Notes: generated by a model not told the origin, from the letters alone. A stretch of 64,000 nucleotides of DNA from Candidatus Bathyarchaeum tardum (GCA_024650005.2 CP122380.1:960001-1024000); one strand, 5' to 3'. Counted from the first letter of the stretch, positions 1 to 12,264 are shown. Numbers and translations are program-made.

Positions 1-1425
1 AATCCTTCATCGGCCTTGCCCACGTTGAATTTGCATTCTCCAATTCTTAGCATGGTGGTAAACTCTGGTGAAAAACTTATGTTGCCATTTACAGTCAAAA
101 ATGTTGGAGACACAACAGAGTCAATCGTTTTTTCAATAACTGCCCCTGTCGGTTGGTCTAGTGGAATCTTAAACGACAACGGTCGCGAGATAACCGAAGC
201 TTCTTTGTCCTCTGGTGCAAGTGTAAATTTAAATTTAGAACTCATCATTCCCTTGGATTATACTGGTGACGCCGACCTAACCCTTGTTGCTAAAGGGAAC
301 ACTGTTGCCACATTGGAATTTACCTTTGATGTTGAAACCGTAACTGAGTCCATAATGGGTTGTCGGTTTCCAGGAAAAATAGCAGTCCCAGGAGACATTG
401 TTGCTTTTGACATACAATTAACTAATCCTTTCAATGTTGAAACAAGGTTTTCAGTATCTGTAGGTTCGTTGCCTGCTAATTGGACAGCTTCTGTTGTAAC
501 TCAAAGCGGTGAATCAATAAATGAAATAATTCTTGGTGCAGGTGAATCAATTTCGCTTGGGGTTCAAGTCCAAACCCTGAGTTCTGCAATTTCAGATAAA
601 ACATATGAAGTCGTGATTGTTGCCGAGTCTGGTAATCAACAGATAAGCTCTCTTCCGTTAACAGTGACTTTAGAAGGCGACGCAAGTGCAGTTGCAATTT
701 CTACAAAATTCCCTGATATAACCGTCGAAGCAGGAGCAATCGTGGAATATTCTATCACAGTAACAAACTTGGGCGATGCTAATCGACTACTACTCTTCTC
801 AATTAATGCGCCCTCCAACTGGAAAGCTGTTGTCAAATCTGGAAATGTGGAAATTTCCCGTCTTTCTATAGACGCTGGAAGCTCTGAATCCTTCACTATT
901 CAAGTTACGCCCCCTAGCACCGTGAGCCTTGGCTCTTACGACATTGATGTGCAATTTACGTCAGAAAGTGGAGCCTTGCTGGGTGAAAAACAACTAACTG
1001 CTACAGTAGTAGGCGCTTACTCTTTAAATCTGTCATTATCTACACTTCTAAAAAGCACAACCAGTGGAGATTCTGTTTTCTTTACTGCTACTGTCACAAA
1101 CACAGGTTATTCGTATGTTACGGGAGTTAGTCTTGATTTTGACGCTGAAGACGATTGGGCTGTCACAATCAGTCCAACCCAAGTGGATATGCTCATGCCG
1201 CAAGAATCTTGCACCTTTGAAGTGGTTGTAGATACTCCATCAGGAACAGTTTCAGGAGATTACATGGTCACTGTTGGCGCGGTAAGTGACCAAAATAATT
1301 CTGACCAAACACAAGTTCGCGTTACAGTTAATACTTCCAGTTCGTGGGCAATCTATGGAATTGGAATAGCTGCTGTCCTAGTTTTAGCACTTGTTTTAGT
1401 CTTTAAAAAATTTAAAAGAAGGTAA
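1..1425 (+). CDS. NEW3/COG1470-type repeated Ig-like domain membrane-anchored protein (5' truncated by window)
   Basis: Frame is open from base 1. Repeated 'V.N.G...APxGW' beta-sandwich units and a C-terminal TM helix with KKFKRR tail. First gene of an ABC operon. Confidence 0.75.
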   Translation, partial: NPSSALPTLNLHSPILSMVVNSGEKLMLPFTVKNVGDTTESIVFSITAPVGWSSGILNDNGREITEASLSSGASVNLNLELIIPLDYTGDADLTLVAKGNTVATLEFTFDVETVTESIMGCRFPGKIAVPGDIVAFDIQLTNPFNVETRFSVSVGSLPANWTASVVTQSGESINEIILGAGESISLGVQVQTLSSAISDKTYEVVIVAESGNQQISSLPLTVTLEGDASAVAISTKFPDITVEAGAIVEYSITVTNLGDANRLLLFSINAPSNWKAVVKSGNVEISRLSIDAGSSESFTIQVTPPSTVSLGSYDIDVQFTSESGALLGEKQLTATVVGAYSLNLSLSTLLKSTTSGDSVFFTATVTNTGYSYVTGVSLDFDAEDDWAVTISPTQVDMLMPQESCTFEVVVDTPSGTVSGDYMVTVGAVSDQNNSDQTQVRVTVNTSSSWAIYGIGIAAVLVLALVLVFKKFKRR

Positions 1426-1430
1426 AAAAA

Positions 1431-2369
1431 ATGAGTGAACCCATTATACAAACCCATCAATTAACAAAACAATATGGCGAGTTTACGGCTGTTAACCAAC
1501 TGGAGATTTCTATCAATGAAGGAGAAATTGTAGGTTTTCTTGGTCCAAATGGAGCCGGAAAAACTACAACCCTTCTTATGCTGATGGGTCTTTCGGTGCC
1601 TACTTCGGGTACTGCTAAAGTAGGGGGTTATAATATTGTTGAACAATCAAAACAAGTAAGACAGATTGCAGGAATGATGCCCGAAGGATCAGGTTATTAT
1701 GAAGACCTGACAGCAAGACAGAATCTTCGGTATATTGGTCAACTTAATGAAATCCCTAAAGAGAAACTAGAAAAACGAATTGATGAACTGCTAGAAGATG
1801 TAAACTTAACCAATTGGGCAGACACAAAAGTTGAAAAGTATTCTAGAGGAATGAAACAGAGACTAGGAATTTCAGAGGTTCTAATCAAAAATCCTAAAGT
1901 TGCGTTCTTTGATGAACCAACTATTGGTTTAGACCCCAAAGCAACCAAAGAATTACGGGATATTCTTTTGCGGTTAAACAAGGAACAAGGTCTTACTATT
2001 TTCTTGTCATCTCACTTATTATATGAAGTTCAACAAATCTGCCAACGAGTACTTATTATTCGTAAAGGAAAACTTGTGGCTTCTGATACAATAAGCAACT
2101 TATCTAATTCTTTTGCGGGAAAGAAGTCAGGCAGTCTCGAGTTTGAGTTAACAAAAATAGACTCAGACCTGATTAGAAAACTTGAAAATGTTGAAGGGGT
2201 ATCTTCCGTTGAACAACAGAAGCATAAACTGTTTGTTAATATGGAAAACGGCAAGTCTCGCGAAATTTCAGAAACTATCACGAAACATGGTTCAACAATT
2301 TTGATAATGCGACCAAAAGTGTTCAGTTTAGAGGAAATATTTCTGGATTTTTACAAGGAGGATAACTAA
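1431..2369 (+). CDS. ABC transporter ATP-binding protein (ABC-2 type)
   Basis: Walker A GPNGAGKTT, signature YSRGMKQR, Walker B AFFDE, H-loop SSH. Confidence 0.95.
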   Translation: MSEPIIQTHQLTKQYGEFTAVNQLEISINEGEIVGFLGPNGAGKTTTLLMLMGLSVPTSGTAKVGGYNIVEQSKQVRQIAGMMPEGSGYYEDLTARQNLRYIGQLNEIPKEKLEKRIDELLEDVNLTNWADTKVEKYSRGMKQRLGISEVLIKNPKVAFFDEPTIGLDPKATKELRDILLRLNKEQGLTIFLSSHLLYEVQQICQRVLIIRKGKLVASDTISNLSNSFAGKKSGSLEFELTKIDSDLIRKLENVEGVSSVEQQKHKLFVNMENGKSREISETITKHGSTILIMRPKVFSLEEIFLDFYKEDN

Positions 2370-2371
2370 AA

Positions 2372-3385
2372 ATGAAGAGTATACTTACTATATGTCGAAA
2401 AGAGCTTTCAGACCATCTTGGAAGTAGACGTTACCTTCTGTTGTTCGCTTTAATTGTGGTTTTATCCCTTTTATCTGCGTACACTGGTGCTGACTACATT
2501 AGAGATAACCCAAATGTTAGTTTTACAAACATATTTTCTGGCTCAATGGATAGCAGTTTTTCTTTCATATACTTGATGGTGCTGTTTGGTCCAATAATTG
2601 GATTAGCCCTAGGGTTCGATGCTATAAATCGAGAGAGAACAAGAGGAAGCCTTTCAGTTATTCTTTCTCAACCAATATTCAGAGATAACATAATAACTGG
2701 CAAATTTCTTGCAGGTGTTGCAGCTCTTGCATTGTTAACAATAAGCACTGTTGGAATAATAACTGGTGTAGCAATTCCTCTGTTGGGATTTGGTCCCGGA
2801 CTTGACGAAGTTTTGCGAATAGGAATGTTCGCGTTGCTTTCAATACTTTATTTATCTATTTGGCTTGCAGTTGGTCTTCTGTTTTCCACGCTTACTAAGA
2901 ACACAACAACATCTATTCTCGCATCAATTTCTACTTGGTTGCTATTTTCAATTCTTATGACTGTTATTGCTTCAATGGTAGCCAACGCAGTTGTCCCTGT
3001 TGAATTGCCTGAAGGTTTCCAAGCAATGACCCGAACCGTAGATACGCCACGGAACTGGACTGCTGGAGGCATGGGCGGTTTTACTTCAACGATTGATATA
3101 ACACAAATGCAAGACTACATGAATGCTCAAGAAGACAATGCTAATCTTCAATCGGCTATAGAATCAATTTCGCCAACATACCTATACGAAGAAGCCGCTC
3201 AATCTTTACTGGGAGTAACACAAGGTGGATTTGGTCAAAGCGGAAACCCGTTCCAAGCTTTAGACACAACTCAAAGCGCAGTATCGAGCTGGCCACAGGT
3301 AACAGTACTATCAGTACTTCTAATCGGATGCTTTGCAGCGTCATATATGCTGTTCTTACGACAAGAAATCAGAGCAGGAGGTTAA
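2372..3385 (+). CDS. ABC-2 type (NosY-like) permease
   Basis: Multiple TM helices, 'GFDAINRERTRGSL...SQPIFR...GKFL' motif, follows the ATPase. Confidence 0.9.
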   Translation: MKSILTICRKELSDHLGSRRYLLLFALIVVLSLLSAYTGADYIRDNPNVSFTNIFSGSMDSSFSFIYLMVLFGPIIGLALGFDAINRERTRGSLSVILSQPIFRDNIITGKFLAGVAALALLTISTVGIITGVAIPLLGFGPGLDEVLRIGMFALLSILYLSIWLAVGLLFSTLTKNTTTSILASISTWLLFSILMTVIASMVANAVVPVELPEGFQAMTRTVDTPRNWTAGGMGGFTSTIDITQMQDYMNAQEDNANLQSAIESISPTYLYEEAAQSLLGVTQGGFGQSGNPFQALDTTQSAVSSWPQVTVLSVLLIGCFAASYMLFLRQEIRAGG

Positions 3386-3842
3386 AATCACGGACAAACG
3401 TAAATCCGTGGTTATACTAGCCAGCATATCTTTGGTCACCATTTTAGGTGTTGCCCTTTTGGGCACCCAAAATGAAAAACTTTCTACTGAAACAGAAACT
3501 AATGTTATCGAAACCGAAGTCCCTAACAATTTTCGAAACGGAAACCCTCCAGGAAACTTCACGTTCCCTGAAGGAGATTTCAATTTTACTCGTCCAGATG
3601 GCGACTTTAATTTTACTTTTCCTGAAAACGGATTCAACGGCACAATTCCTGAAGGCAGATCAAATTTAATGCCTCCCGACGATGGGTTTCAAAACTCAAC
3701 TTTTCCCTTTATGGAAAATTTAACCGATAAACAAGTTGCAACACTAACTGAAAAGATGCAAGAGTTACTAGAATCTGGAGCAACACAAGACGAAATTATG
3801 GCTGCTGTGCAAGACTTAATGGAAGAATGGGGTATTCAATGA
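3333..3842 (+). CDS. Membrane-anchored/secreted protein with 9-aa N-x-T repeats (true start probably near 3387-3408)
   Basis: Hydrophobic N-terminal helix after KRK, repeats GDFNFTxPE, GGAGG at 3377-3381. Confidence 0.65.
   Translation: MQRHICCSYDKKSEQEVKITDKRKSVVILASISLVTILGVALLGTQNEKLSTETETNVIETEVPNNFRNGNPPGNFTFPEGDFNFTRPDGDFNFTFPENGFNGTIPEGRSNLMPPDDGFQNSTFPFMENLTDKQVATLTEKMQELLESGATQDEIMAAVQDLMEEWGIQ
3552..3653 (+). repeat. Degenerate 27-bp coding tandem repeat (about 4 units)
   Basis: Encodes GNFTFPE / GDFNFTRPD / GDFNFTFPE / NGFNGTIPE. Confidence 0.75.
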
Positions 3843-3964
3843 GCATTAGGTTAAAAATTGGTTTCTTTAGTATTAAAATCTGCAACAGTGTTTTACATCT
3901 GCTGCTTTGATTTAACAACACCTTTTTGGGCTTAATTATTTTTTTGGCTTACGAAAAGGGTTAA

Positions 3965-4138
3965 TTAGTGGCGTATTGTTAGTAGGTCGAGTTGCACGCT
4001 CATTGGGTTTTTTGATAGTTTTCTTCCACATGAGGGGCATCTGCAGTCGTTTCTTGCTCGGATATAGTATGGTGAGATTACTTCGCGCCCAGTGAACAGT
4101 TTTTTGCCGCATCCTTGGCATGATATTGAGACTGCCAT
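3965..4138 (-). CDS. 57-aa C4 zinc-ribbon microprotein (not in ORF track)
   Basis: Manual translation MAVSISCQGCGKKLFTGREVISPYYIRARNDCRCPSCGRKLSKNPMSVQLDLLTIRH, with CxxCG and CPxCG knuckles. Confidence 0.75.
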   Translation of the reverse strand: MAVSISCQGCGKKLFTGREVISPYYIRARNDCRCPSCGRKLSKNPMSVQLDLLTIRH

Positions 4139-4139
4139 G

Positions 4140-4265
4140 TTAGGCCACCAGCACGAAGTTTGTTTCTAGAAGGTTTTGGATTTCTTCATATCTTTCTTGT
4201 TGGGCTAAGATCTGGATGTAGTTTAACCGTTTCATTACGGTTTCTTTATAGTGAATTTTATTCAT
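4140..4265 (-). CDS. 41-aa hypothetical microprotein
   Basis: ATG at 4265 preceded by GGAGCTGA. The stop abuts the zinc-ribbon start. Confidence 0.5.
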   Translation of the reverse strand: MNKIHYKETVMKRLNYIQILAQQERYEEIQNLLETNFVLVA

Positions 4266-4440
4266 GATTTTCAGCTCCTGATGATACCGTTTTTCGCTGA
4301 TTTGGATATTAAAATTGGCGACGTAACGACTAACAGCCTTGGGGAGAGAGTGGAGTGAAACTAAACTCAAATTTGTCTCTTTTCTGGGTAATTTTTTCTT
4401 TAAATCCTTGATTTCAAAAAAATTTTTGATTAAACGGTGT

Positions 4441-5595
4441 CTATGAAAGTATGTCTTCGCTTTTACTGTTGTTTATTGAGTTTTTTGGGGCTTTTCTTTT
4501 GTCATAGCTGGTGGTGGATGAACCAATTATTTTATTGATTACCGGGATTTTTTGCAACGGATAAACCACTGCTATGCAAATTAGCAATGTAACTGCCGTG
4601 ATTAGGGGTACTTCTATGAAAGGATTCATTGTTGTTATGCTTATCCTGAAACCAAAAAAACCCATTTGTAACGATTGTAAAACCATCACATGAAACAGGA
4701 AAATGAAAATAGTATTTTGACCAATTATGGTCAATAAGGATTTGATGAAAGGAATCTTTGTTTCTATAGTTTTAACGGAAATGTTTGTTAACAACATAAA
4801 CAACGTGAGTGAAATTCCAATCATGCTAAAACTGTAGCAAGAAACAAAGAAATGGCCATATTCTGGTCCCAAGATTAAACCTGCAAAGTAAGTTCCAATG
4901 GTTGTGTATACAAAACCCAAAAATAGCAAAATGAAAAGAACCCTTGACCGTATGTGAACTTTTAATGCATACGCCCCTAAAAGAAAGTAACCTACCCAGC
5001 CTGTTAATATGAAAACGTTGCCGCTGAGCTGGTATGCACCAAATAAACCTATTAGGGGAACAACTGCGGTGCCTAAAAACCACAATATTGCTAAGAACGT
5101 GAAAGTTTTCCTGTCAATGTAAGCTACCATTATGCGCAAAACTGGAGTAAGCAAGTATATTCCAATTAATGCATAAAAATACCAAAAATGAAAGTAAGGG
5201 CCATTCAAAGCGCCCTGCAAAACAGCTTCTGTGGTAAGTACTTCACCGTTAACGTAGATGCGCCACAAAAAATATATGATTCCCCAAAACAGGAATGGTG
5301 GCCCTATTCTTATTGCCCTTTTTTTAAAGAAAACTCCAAGGGATTCATCCAGTTTGGTTGGTTGTAAAAGTAAGGCTCCACTTAACATAAGAAATAATGG
5401 GACTCCAGGTTGAGAAATTGAATTGTATATGTCTCTTGCTAACTTTAGTTCCAATGCTTCTGATGCAGACAGATTAGTTGCTGGAGTTGTTTCTGTTGCA
5501 GCATGAAATAAGATTACTAATACTATTGCAAAAGTTCGAATAAGGTTCACGGGAATCGAAAGGCATTCTCCATCCGGATTACTTTTTTTTCCCAT
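4441..5595 (-). CDS. Acyltransferase family 3 (WecH-like membrane O-acetyltransferase)
   Basis: 'LIRTFAIVLVILFH', 'VPLFLMLSGALL', 'KKRAIRI', 'HFWYFY' motifs and about 10 TM helices. Confidence 0.85.
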   Translation of the reverse strand: MGKKSNPDGECLSIPVNLIRTFAIVLVILFHAATETTPATNLSASEALELKLARDIYNSISQPGVPLFLMLSGALLLQPTKLDESLGVFFKKRAIRIGPPFLFWGIIYFLWRIYVNGEVLTTEAVLQGALNGPYFHFWYFYALIGIYLLTPVLRIMVAYIDRKTFTFLAILWFLGTAVVPLIGLFGAYQLSGNVFILTGWVGYFLLGAYALKVHIRSRVLFILLFLGFVYTTIGTYFAGLILGPEYGHFFVSCYSFSMIGISLTLFMLLTNISVKTIETKIPFIKSLLTIIGQNTIFIFLFHVMVLQSLQMGFFGFRISITTMNPFIEVPLITAVTLLICIAVVYPLQKIPVINKIIGSSTTSYDKRKAPKNSINNSKSEDILS

Positions 5596-5729
5596 ATCTC
5601 CCCAGATTTATTATATTAAATAATACATTAATATATTTTGTTATCCATCATAAATGATGCTCTAATTATCAAAAAGACATATTTTGCTGGTGTTATTTTA
5701 AAAATATGCATGAATGTATTATTATGATT

Positions 5730-6392
5730 TCATCCTGTGGTCGAAATGGCTTGGTAAATTGTTTCGGTAATTATTGAAACGCCTTCAATGTTTGGGTGAA
5801 TTCCATCTCCAAAATATTCTGGATAATCTGTTAATGCAGTGTTAATGTCAATGGTTGGCAAATCTAATTCTATTGCTACTTGTTTGATTTGGGGTATGAC
5901 TTGTTGCTCAAGAATCATGTTATCCCAATAATAGTCGTTATAATAAATTGGTGGAGGAGTCACCAGCCAAATTTCTGGATTGGTTGGAAGACTCTGATAA
6001 TTATTAATTAATTCTTTGTAATCTGACGAAAAATTATCAATGCCCCCATTAATGTTTGATTGGGCATCATTGGTTCCTAGCATGATGATCACAATTTCTG
6101 GATGGAACGCTTTTGACTGTCTGAAAGCATTTTGGTTAACATATGGCTTACTTGAGTGATATACTACCGTTGATGCTGAAACTCCAAAATTGTTAACGTT
6201 GTAATTATCTCCAAGTTTGGTTTGAAGGCTTTCTGGATATCCAAAACCAAAGGTGATGCTGTCGCCTACGCATGCAACGCGAATTGTGTCGTTTGTAATT
6301 GTTTGCGGTTGAACAGACAACGCCATCAAGCCAGAGCAGCTAATCAGAGCGATGATTGCAATTGCAAACAGTGGTTTTTTTGTTATCAACAT
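5730..6392 (-). CDS. Exported SGNH/GDSL hydrolase
   Basis: Blocks GDSIT, FG, GTND, DGIHP, plus an N-terminal signal or anchor. Confidence 0.9.
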   Translation of the reverse strand: MLITKKPLFAIAIIALISCSGLMALSVQPQTITNDTIRVACVGDSITFGFGYPESLQTKLGDNYNVNNFGVSASTVVYHSSKPYVNQNAFRQSKAFHPEIVIIMLGTNDAQSNINGGIDNFSSDYKELINNYQSLPTNPEIWLVTPPPIYYNDYYWDNMILEQQVIPQIKQVAIELDLPTIDINTALTDYPEYFGDGIHPNIEGVSIITETIYQAISTTG

Positions 6393-6756
6393 CTTTAACC
6401 AATTATCTGCAAAGTAAAGGTTTACCCCTAAGCTGTATTGCAAATATTTTAAGTTTTACTAAAAAAATGAAGCACTAAATAATCTTTTAATTATATTTTT
6501 TGAAAATGCTAAGGTGACTACTTAGAAAATATATATATTTCATTTACACATCTCTTACATTTATTAAAAATTAAAAACAATTTTTAAAGAAAGCACCCAT
6601 CTTCAACACATAAAAACTTGCTGTTGATGCATTTATTTTATCATGTACATTTCTTTTTCATAACACATAAATAGTTCCAAAACACTTATGAAATGGTAGA
6701 TTTTTAGTTGAAAATTAAGGTTTTCAACAAGATTTCATACAATTCGATTTTTTTAA

Positions 6757-8955
<2,199 letters not shown>

Positions 8956-9019
8956 TGATAAAAATATGAGACAGTTTGTCCAATTCTAATTTAGTTTAGA
9001 TTTGTGCCCTAGCTATGAT

Positions 9020-9062
9020 GGAGAAATCATTCGGTATTTCTCCTTCTTTTTTCTTTTTTATT
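9020..9062 (+). terminator. Hairpin plus T-tract downstream of katG
   Basis: GGAGAAAT (9020-9027) / ATTTCTCC (9036-9043) followed by a long T-rich run. Confidence 0.5.
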
Positions 9063-9176
9063 CTTTTTAAAGTCAGCATTATCATTGATTGTTTGAGAGT
9101 TACTGTGGGCTGTTTTTGTCGATTTTCAGAAAACGTAAATACCGCCAAAACACTAGTCAAACTGGTGAATTTTTAG

Positions 9177-9959
9177 TTGAAAATTGCTGTTTCCGGTAAA
9201 GGTGGAGTTGGTAAAACTTTAGTTTCAGGAACTCTTGCGAGTTACTTTGCAAAAAAAGGCTATAAAGTAATGGCTATCGATGCTGACCCCTCACCTAATC
9301 TTGCTTTAACTTTGGGAATCCCTGTTGAAGAAGCAAACAAGATTCTTCCAATATCTGAAAACAAAGAATTATTAGAAGAAAAAACCAAAACGGACTACCC
9401 TGGAGTATACAAACTTCATTTTACTGTAGATGACATAATAGAAGAAAACGGCGTGAAATCCCCTTACGGTGTTAACCTGTTAGTAATGGGGACAGTCAAA
9501 GCAGCTGGCAGCGGATGCGCATGTGGAGCAAACTCGGTAGTGCGGGAGCTGCTTCGTTATTTGATAGTGGATCGGGATGAAATAGTAATTGTTGACATGG
9601 AAGCAGGAGTAGAACACATGGGAAGGGGCACAGCCAGTCAAGTTGACGCTATGATAGTAGTTGCAGATTCCAGCAGGAAAGCTTTAGAAATTGCCAAAAA
9701 ACTCAATTTGTTTGCCCATCAGGCAGGAATTAAGAAAGTTTACATTGTTGGTAACAGGGTCCGAGAATCCATAGAAAAAGAGTTAATCACTAATTTCACC
9801 AATGAAAACGAGCTTGAGTTGCTTGCTTTGATTCCATACGATATAACGGTGGTGCAGGCGGACCGGCTTGGTGAAGCTCCCCTAAAGTATGCAGAAACTT
9901 CTGAAAGTGTAAAGGCGATTCAAACCATTGGAGAAAAGCTTCTTCAAGACTTCGGTTGA
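9177..9959 (+). CDS. cooC: CO dehydrogenase nickel-insertion ATPase (CooC/AcsF family)
   Basis: GKGGVGKT, DADP, GSGCAC metal motif, DMEAGVEHMGRG. Confidence 0.9.
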   Translation: MKIAVSGKGGVGKTLVSGTLASYFAKKGYKVMAIDADPSPNLALTLGIPVEEANKILPISENKELLEEKTKTDYPGVYKLHFTVDDIIEENGVKSPYGVNLLVMGTVKAAGSGCACGANSVVRELLRYLIVDRDEIVIVDMEAGVEHMGRGTASQVDAMIVVADSSRKALEIAKKLNLFAHQAGIKKVYIVGNRVRESIEKELITNFTNENELELLALIPYDITVVQADRLGEAPLKYAETSESVKAIQTIGEKLLQDFG

Positions 9960-10402
9960 GTTTCCAAATTCAGGTTTGGAAAACTTTGAGTCAACAACAA
10001 ATCAAAGCAATCTTGGAAACCTATCGTACCGTAGCGGTTGTAGGGCTTTCCAAGGATTCCTCTAAACATAGTCACAGAGTAGCACGTTATCTTCAAGCTG
10101 CAGGTTATCATGTTATTCCTGTTAATCCTTTTGTTGACAACGTTTTAGGGGAAAAAGCATATAAAAGTCTCCTTGATGTGCCTGAACCCATAGATATCGT
10201 AGACATTTTTAGGCCCTCAGATGAAGTTTTACCCGTAATAGAAGAAGCTGTAAAACTAAAAACAAAGTTTGGTTATCCCCACGTAGTCTGGATGCAAGAA
10301 GGGATAATCAATGAACAAGCCGCCCAACAAGCAAAACAAGCAGGACTCACGGTAGTAATGGACCACTGTATGATGAAAGAACACAAACGCCAAAAAAATT
10401 AA
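9956..10402 (+). CDS. CoA-binding protein (YccU family)
   Basis: VAVVGLS, IPVNP, DIVDIFRP, VWMQEG, VMDHC. Confidence 0.9.
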   Translation: MSFQIQVWKTLSQQQIKAILETYRTVAVVGLSKDSSKHSHRVARYLQAAGYHVIPVNPFVDNVLGEKAYKSLLDVPEPIDIVDIFRPSDEVLPVIEEAVKLKTKFGYPHVVWMQEGIINEQAAQQAKQAGLTVVMDHCMMKEHKRQKN

Positions 10403-10424
10403 TCAACAATATTCTTTAGTTATT

Positions 10425-11438
10425 TTAACGGGATGCCCAAAGACCTACAAGCTGCGACGCTTCTTTGAAGGGATTCTTTAGCATCATCGAAACTCCTGCT
10501 GTGCATTCCAGCCAGCATCCTTTGCATTTTGATACTTGGCGCCATCCTTTTGTGTTTCTTTGTTTTAAGATTGTATCAATGGAGTCAGTTGTTGCGTCTC
10601 CAAGAATAAGGTCTGACCGTGCAGGGCAAGCCAAAAGTTTTCCTTCTGGATTTATGGCAACGTATAGTTCTCCTGCGTGGCATATTTTTGGGGCTGTTCC
10701 TTGGAAGAATTGTTCAAAACCTTTGATGAATTCTGTTGGTAAGGCTAAGAAACTGGGGTCTGAGCGCTTAAGAGCCAACAAGTAATCCATAAGAAAAGAA
10801 ACTTGTTGTTTGCTGGGTATATTTTCTGGCGTTGGCGGATAAGGATGCATTGGTTGAACTTGAGCAATGTCAACAATGCTGCGCAGTTCTTCAATAAATT
10901 CAGGCAAAACATCGATGTTCCATGGTGTGGCAACACTGTTCACTCCAGTTTTTACTCCATGAGCCTTCAACAGTTTTATGGCTTCAATTGCCTTCTCGTA
11001 TGTTCCGGGAACTCCCCTTATTTCATCATGCATCCGTTTTGGTCCATCAAGGGACACCACAACAGTGTCAAAAACGCCTGCAACTTCGACAATTATGTTT
11101 TCAGTCAGCAAGGTTCCATTGGTGTTCATGCTTACCAAACAACCATGAGAAGCAACTCTTTTGGCAAGCACAATCAAATCTTTGCGTAAGAGAGGTTCAC
11201 CGCCGCTGAGGTCAAAAAATGGGACTCCTAAATTGCAAACTGCATCTATAGCAGCTAACGCTTTTTTTGTTGAAAGTTCAGGGATTTCATGTTTCCACCA
11301 TTCACAAAATTTGCATTTCATGTTACACCTGCCTGTAACGTTATATGATGCAAAAAGTGGTGTAGGTCGTCCTGCCTTGAATTTGAGAAATCCACTGATT
11401 ACTTTAGGGGCTAACTGGCTGGTTTTCATTTTTTTCAT
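10425..11438 (-). CDS. Radical SAM protein with SPASM/twitch domain
   Basis: CNMKCKFC, SGGEPLL, NTNG, SLDG, C-terminal C...CP...CKGCWLEC. Confidence 0.9.
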   Translation of the reverse strand: MKKMKTSQLAPKVISGFLKFKAGRPTPLFASYNVTGRCNMKCKFCEWWKHEIPELSTKKALAAIDAVCNLGVPFFDLSGGEPLLRKDLIVLAKRVASHGCLVSMNTNGTLLTENIIVEVAGVFDTVVVSLDGPKRMHDEIRGVPGTYEKAIEAIKLLKAHGVKTGVNSVATPWNIDVLPEFIEELRSIVDIAQVQPMHPYPPTPENIPSKQQVSFLMDYLLALKRSDPSFLALPTEFIKGFEQFFQGTAPKICHAGELYVAINPEGKLLACPARSDLILGDATTDSIDTILKQRNTKGWRQVSKCKGCWLECTAGVSMMLKNPFKEASQLVGLWASR

Positions 11439-11496
11439 ATTCCACGTTTGTTCCGAGATAAAGAACCTCGGAACTAGATGATAATGTGTTAGCAGA

Positions 11497-12099
11497 TTAG
11501 TTTTGTTGTTTCATACGTTCGTACATTTTTTCTAAAGTCCACCGAATCGAAGACTTTACTTCTCGTGAACGTTCAGGGCGAAGATTCTTGATTACTATCT
11601 CCTTCATGATGTTGCCCTCCTGTTTTATGTCAAAAGACAACACTTTATCAGGGTCCAACTTGCCGGAGTTGGCATCTTCTTTGTCTTTTTCATGCATGTT
11701 TGTTAGGACTCTTTCCACAAAAAATGACGTGAATGGAGGCGTAGTAATGTCAAATTTTTTGTCCTCAGGAAAAATTATGTGCAAGGTATCTTTTTCCGAG
11801 ACAAATTCTGCCAAAACATCCCCTGTTATTGTCTTCAGAGGGGTTCCTTTTCGTTGAGGTGCAACTGGTTGAGGTTTTGTTACTGGTTTAGGAGATACTT
11901 GCTGTGGAGTTTGAGTTGGCATAGGTTTTTGGATTTCTGCTCTTTTGAAGCTTTGTTGAACCAGTGTGGAATCAATTAAATTGAGTAAGGTTCTTTGTTC
12001 ATCCAGTTCTGCTTCAAGTTCTAGTATTTTTTTCTCGATGTTGGCACGAAGCTTTGCTACCTTTTTGATTTGTTCTTTTTCGTCGTTTTGTTCACTCAT
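11497..12099 (-). CDS. Hypothetical protein: N-terminal coiled coil, Pro/Gln linker, globular C-domain
   Basis: 200-aa ORF with protein-like composition. Resembles a conserved TACK family from memory; not searched. Confidence 0.7.
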   Translation of the reverse strand: MSEQNDEKEQIKKVAKLRANIEKKILELEAELDEQRTLLNLIDSTLVQQSFKRAEIQKPMPTQTPQQVSPKPVTKPQPVAPQRKGTPLKTITGDVLAEFVSEKDTLHIIFPEDKKFDITTPPFTSFFVERVLTNMHEKDKEDANSGKLDPDKVLSFDIKQEGNIMKEIVIKNLRPERSREVKSSIRWTLEKMYERMKQQN

Positions 12100-12264
12100 T
12101 ATTTTTTTCCTTCTGGATGATGCTAAACCTTGTGTGTTAGACTATTAACCCCATAAGATGTATGAAACTACCTCTTTTAAGTTTGATTTATCTTCAAGGA
12201 ATTATTATATAGCTACTGTTGAACATTTTTTTCAAAGAAAAATAGATTTTAGGTGAGAAACTGA

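Noticed and set aside
3936-4121. 61-aa ORF from the track
   Set aside because: The overlapping frame 3965-4138 encodes a clear zinc ribbon and is the better gene.
9013-9045. Fluoride riboswitch-like ATGATGGAG motif
   Set aside because: It lacks the downstream AAAC...GCTAATG elements and lies 3' of katG. A terminator hairpin is the simpler reading.
10465-11481. Several plus-strand ORFs over the radical SAM gene, and similar shadow ORFs throughout the window
   Set aside because: They are antisense or alternate-frame overlaps of well-supported genes with no motifs.
11497-12099. Arcadin or Cdv cell-division/cytoskeleton protein
   Set aside because: No crenactin or ESCRT genes lie nearby and no diagnostic motif was recognised, so it is left as hypothetical.
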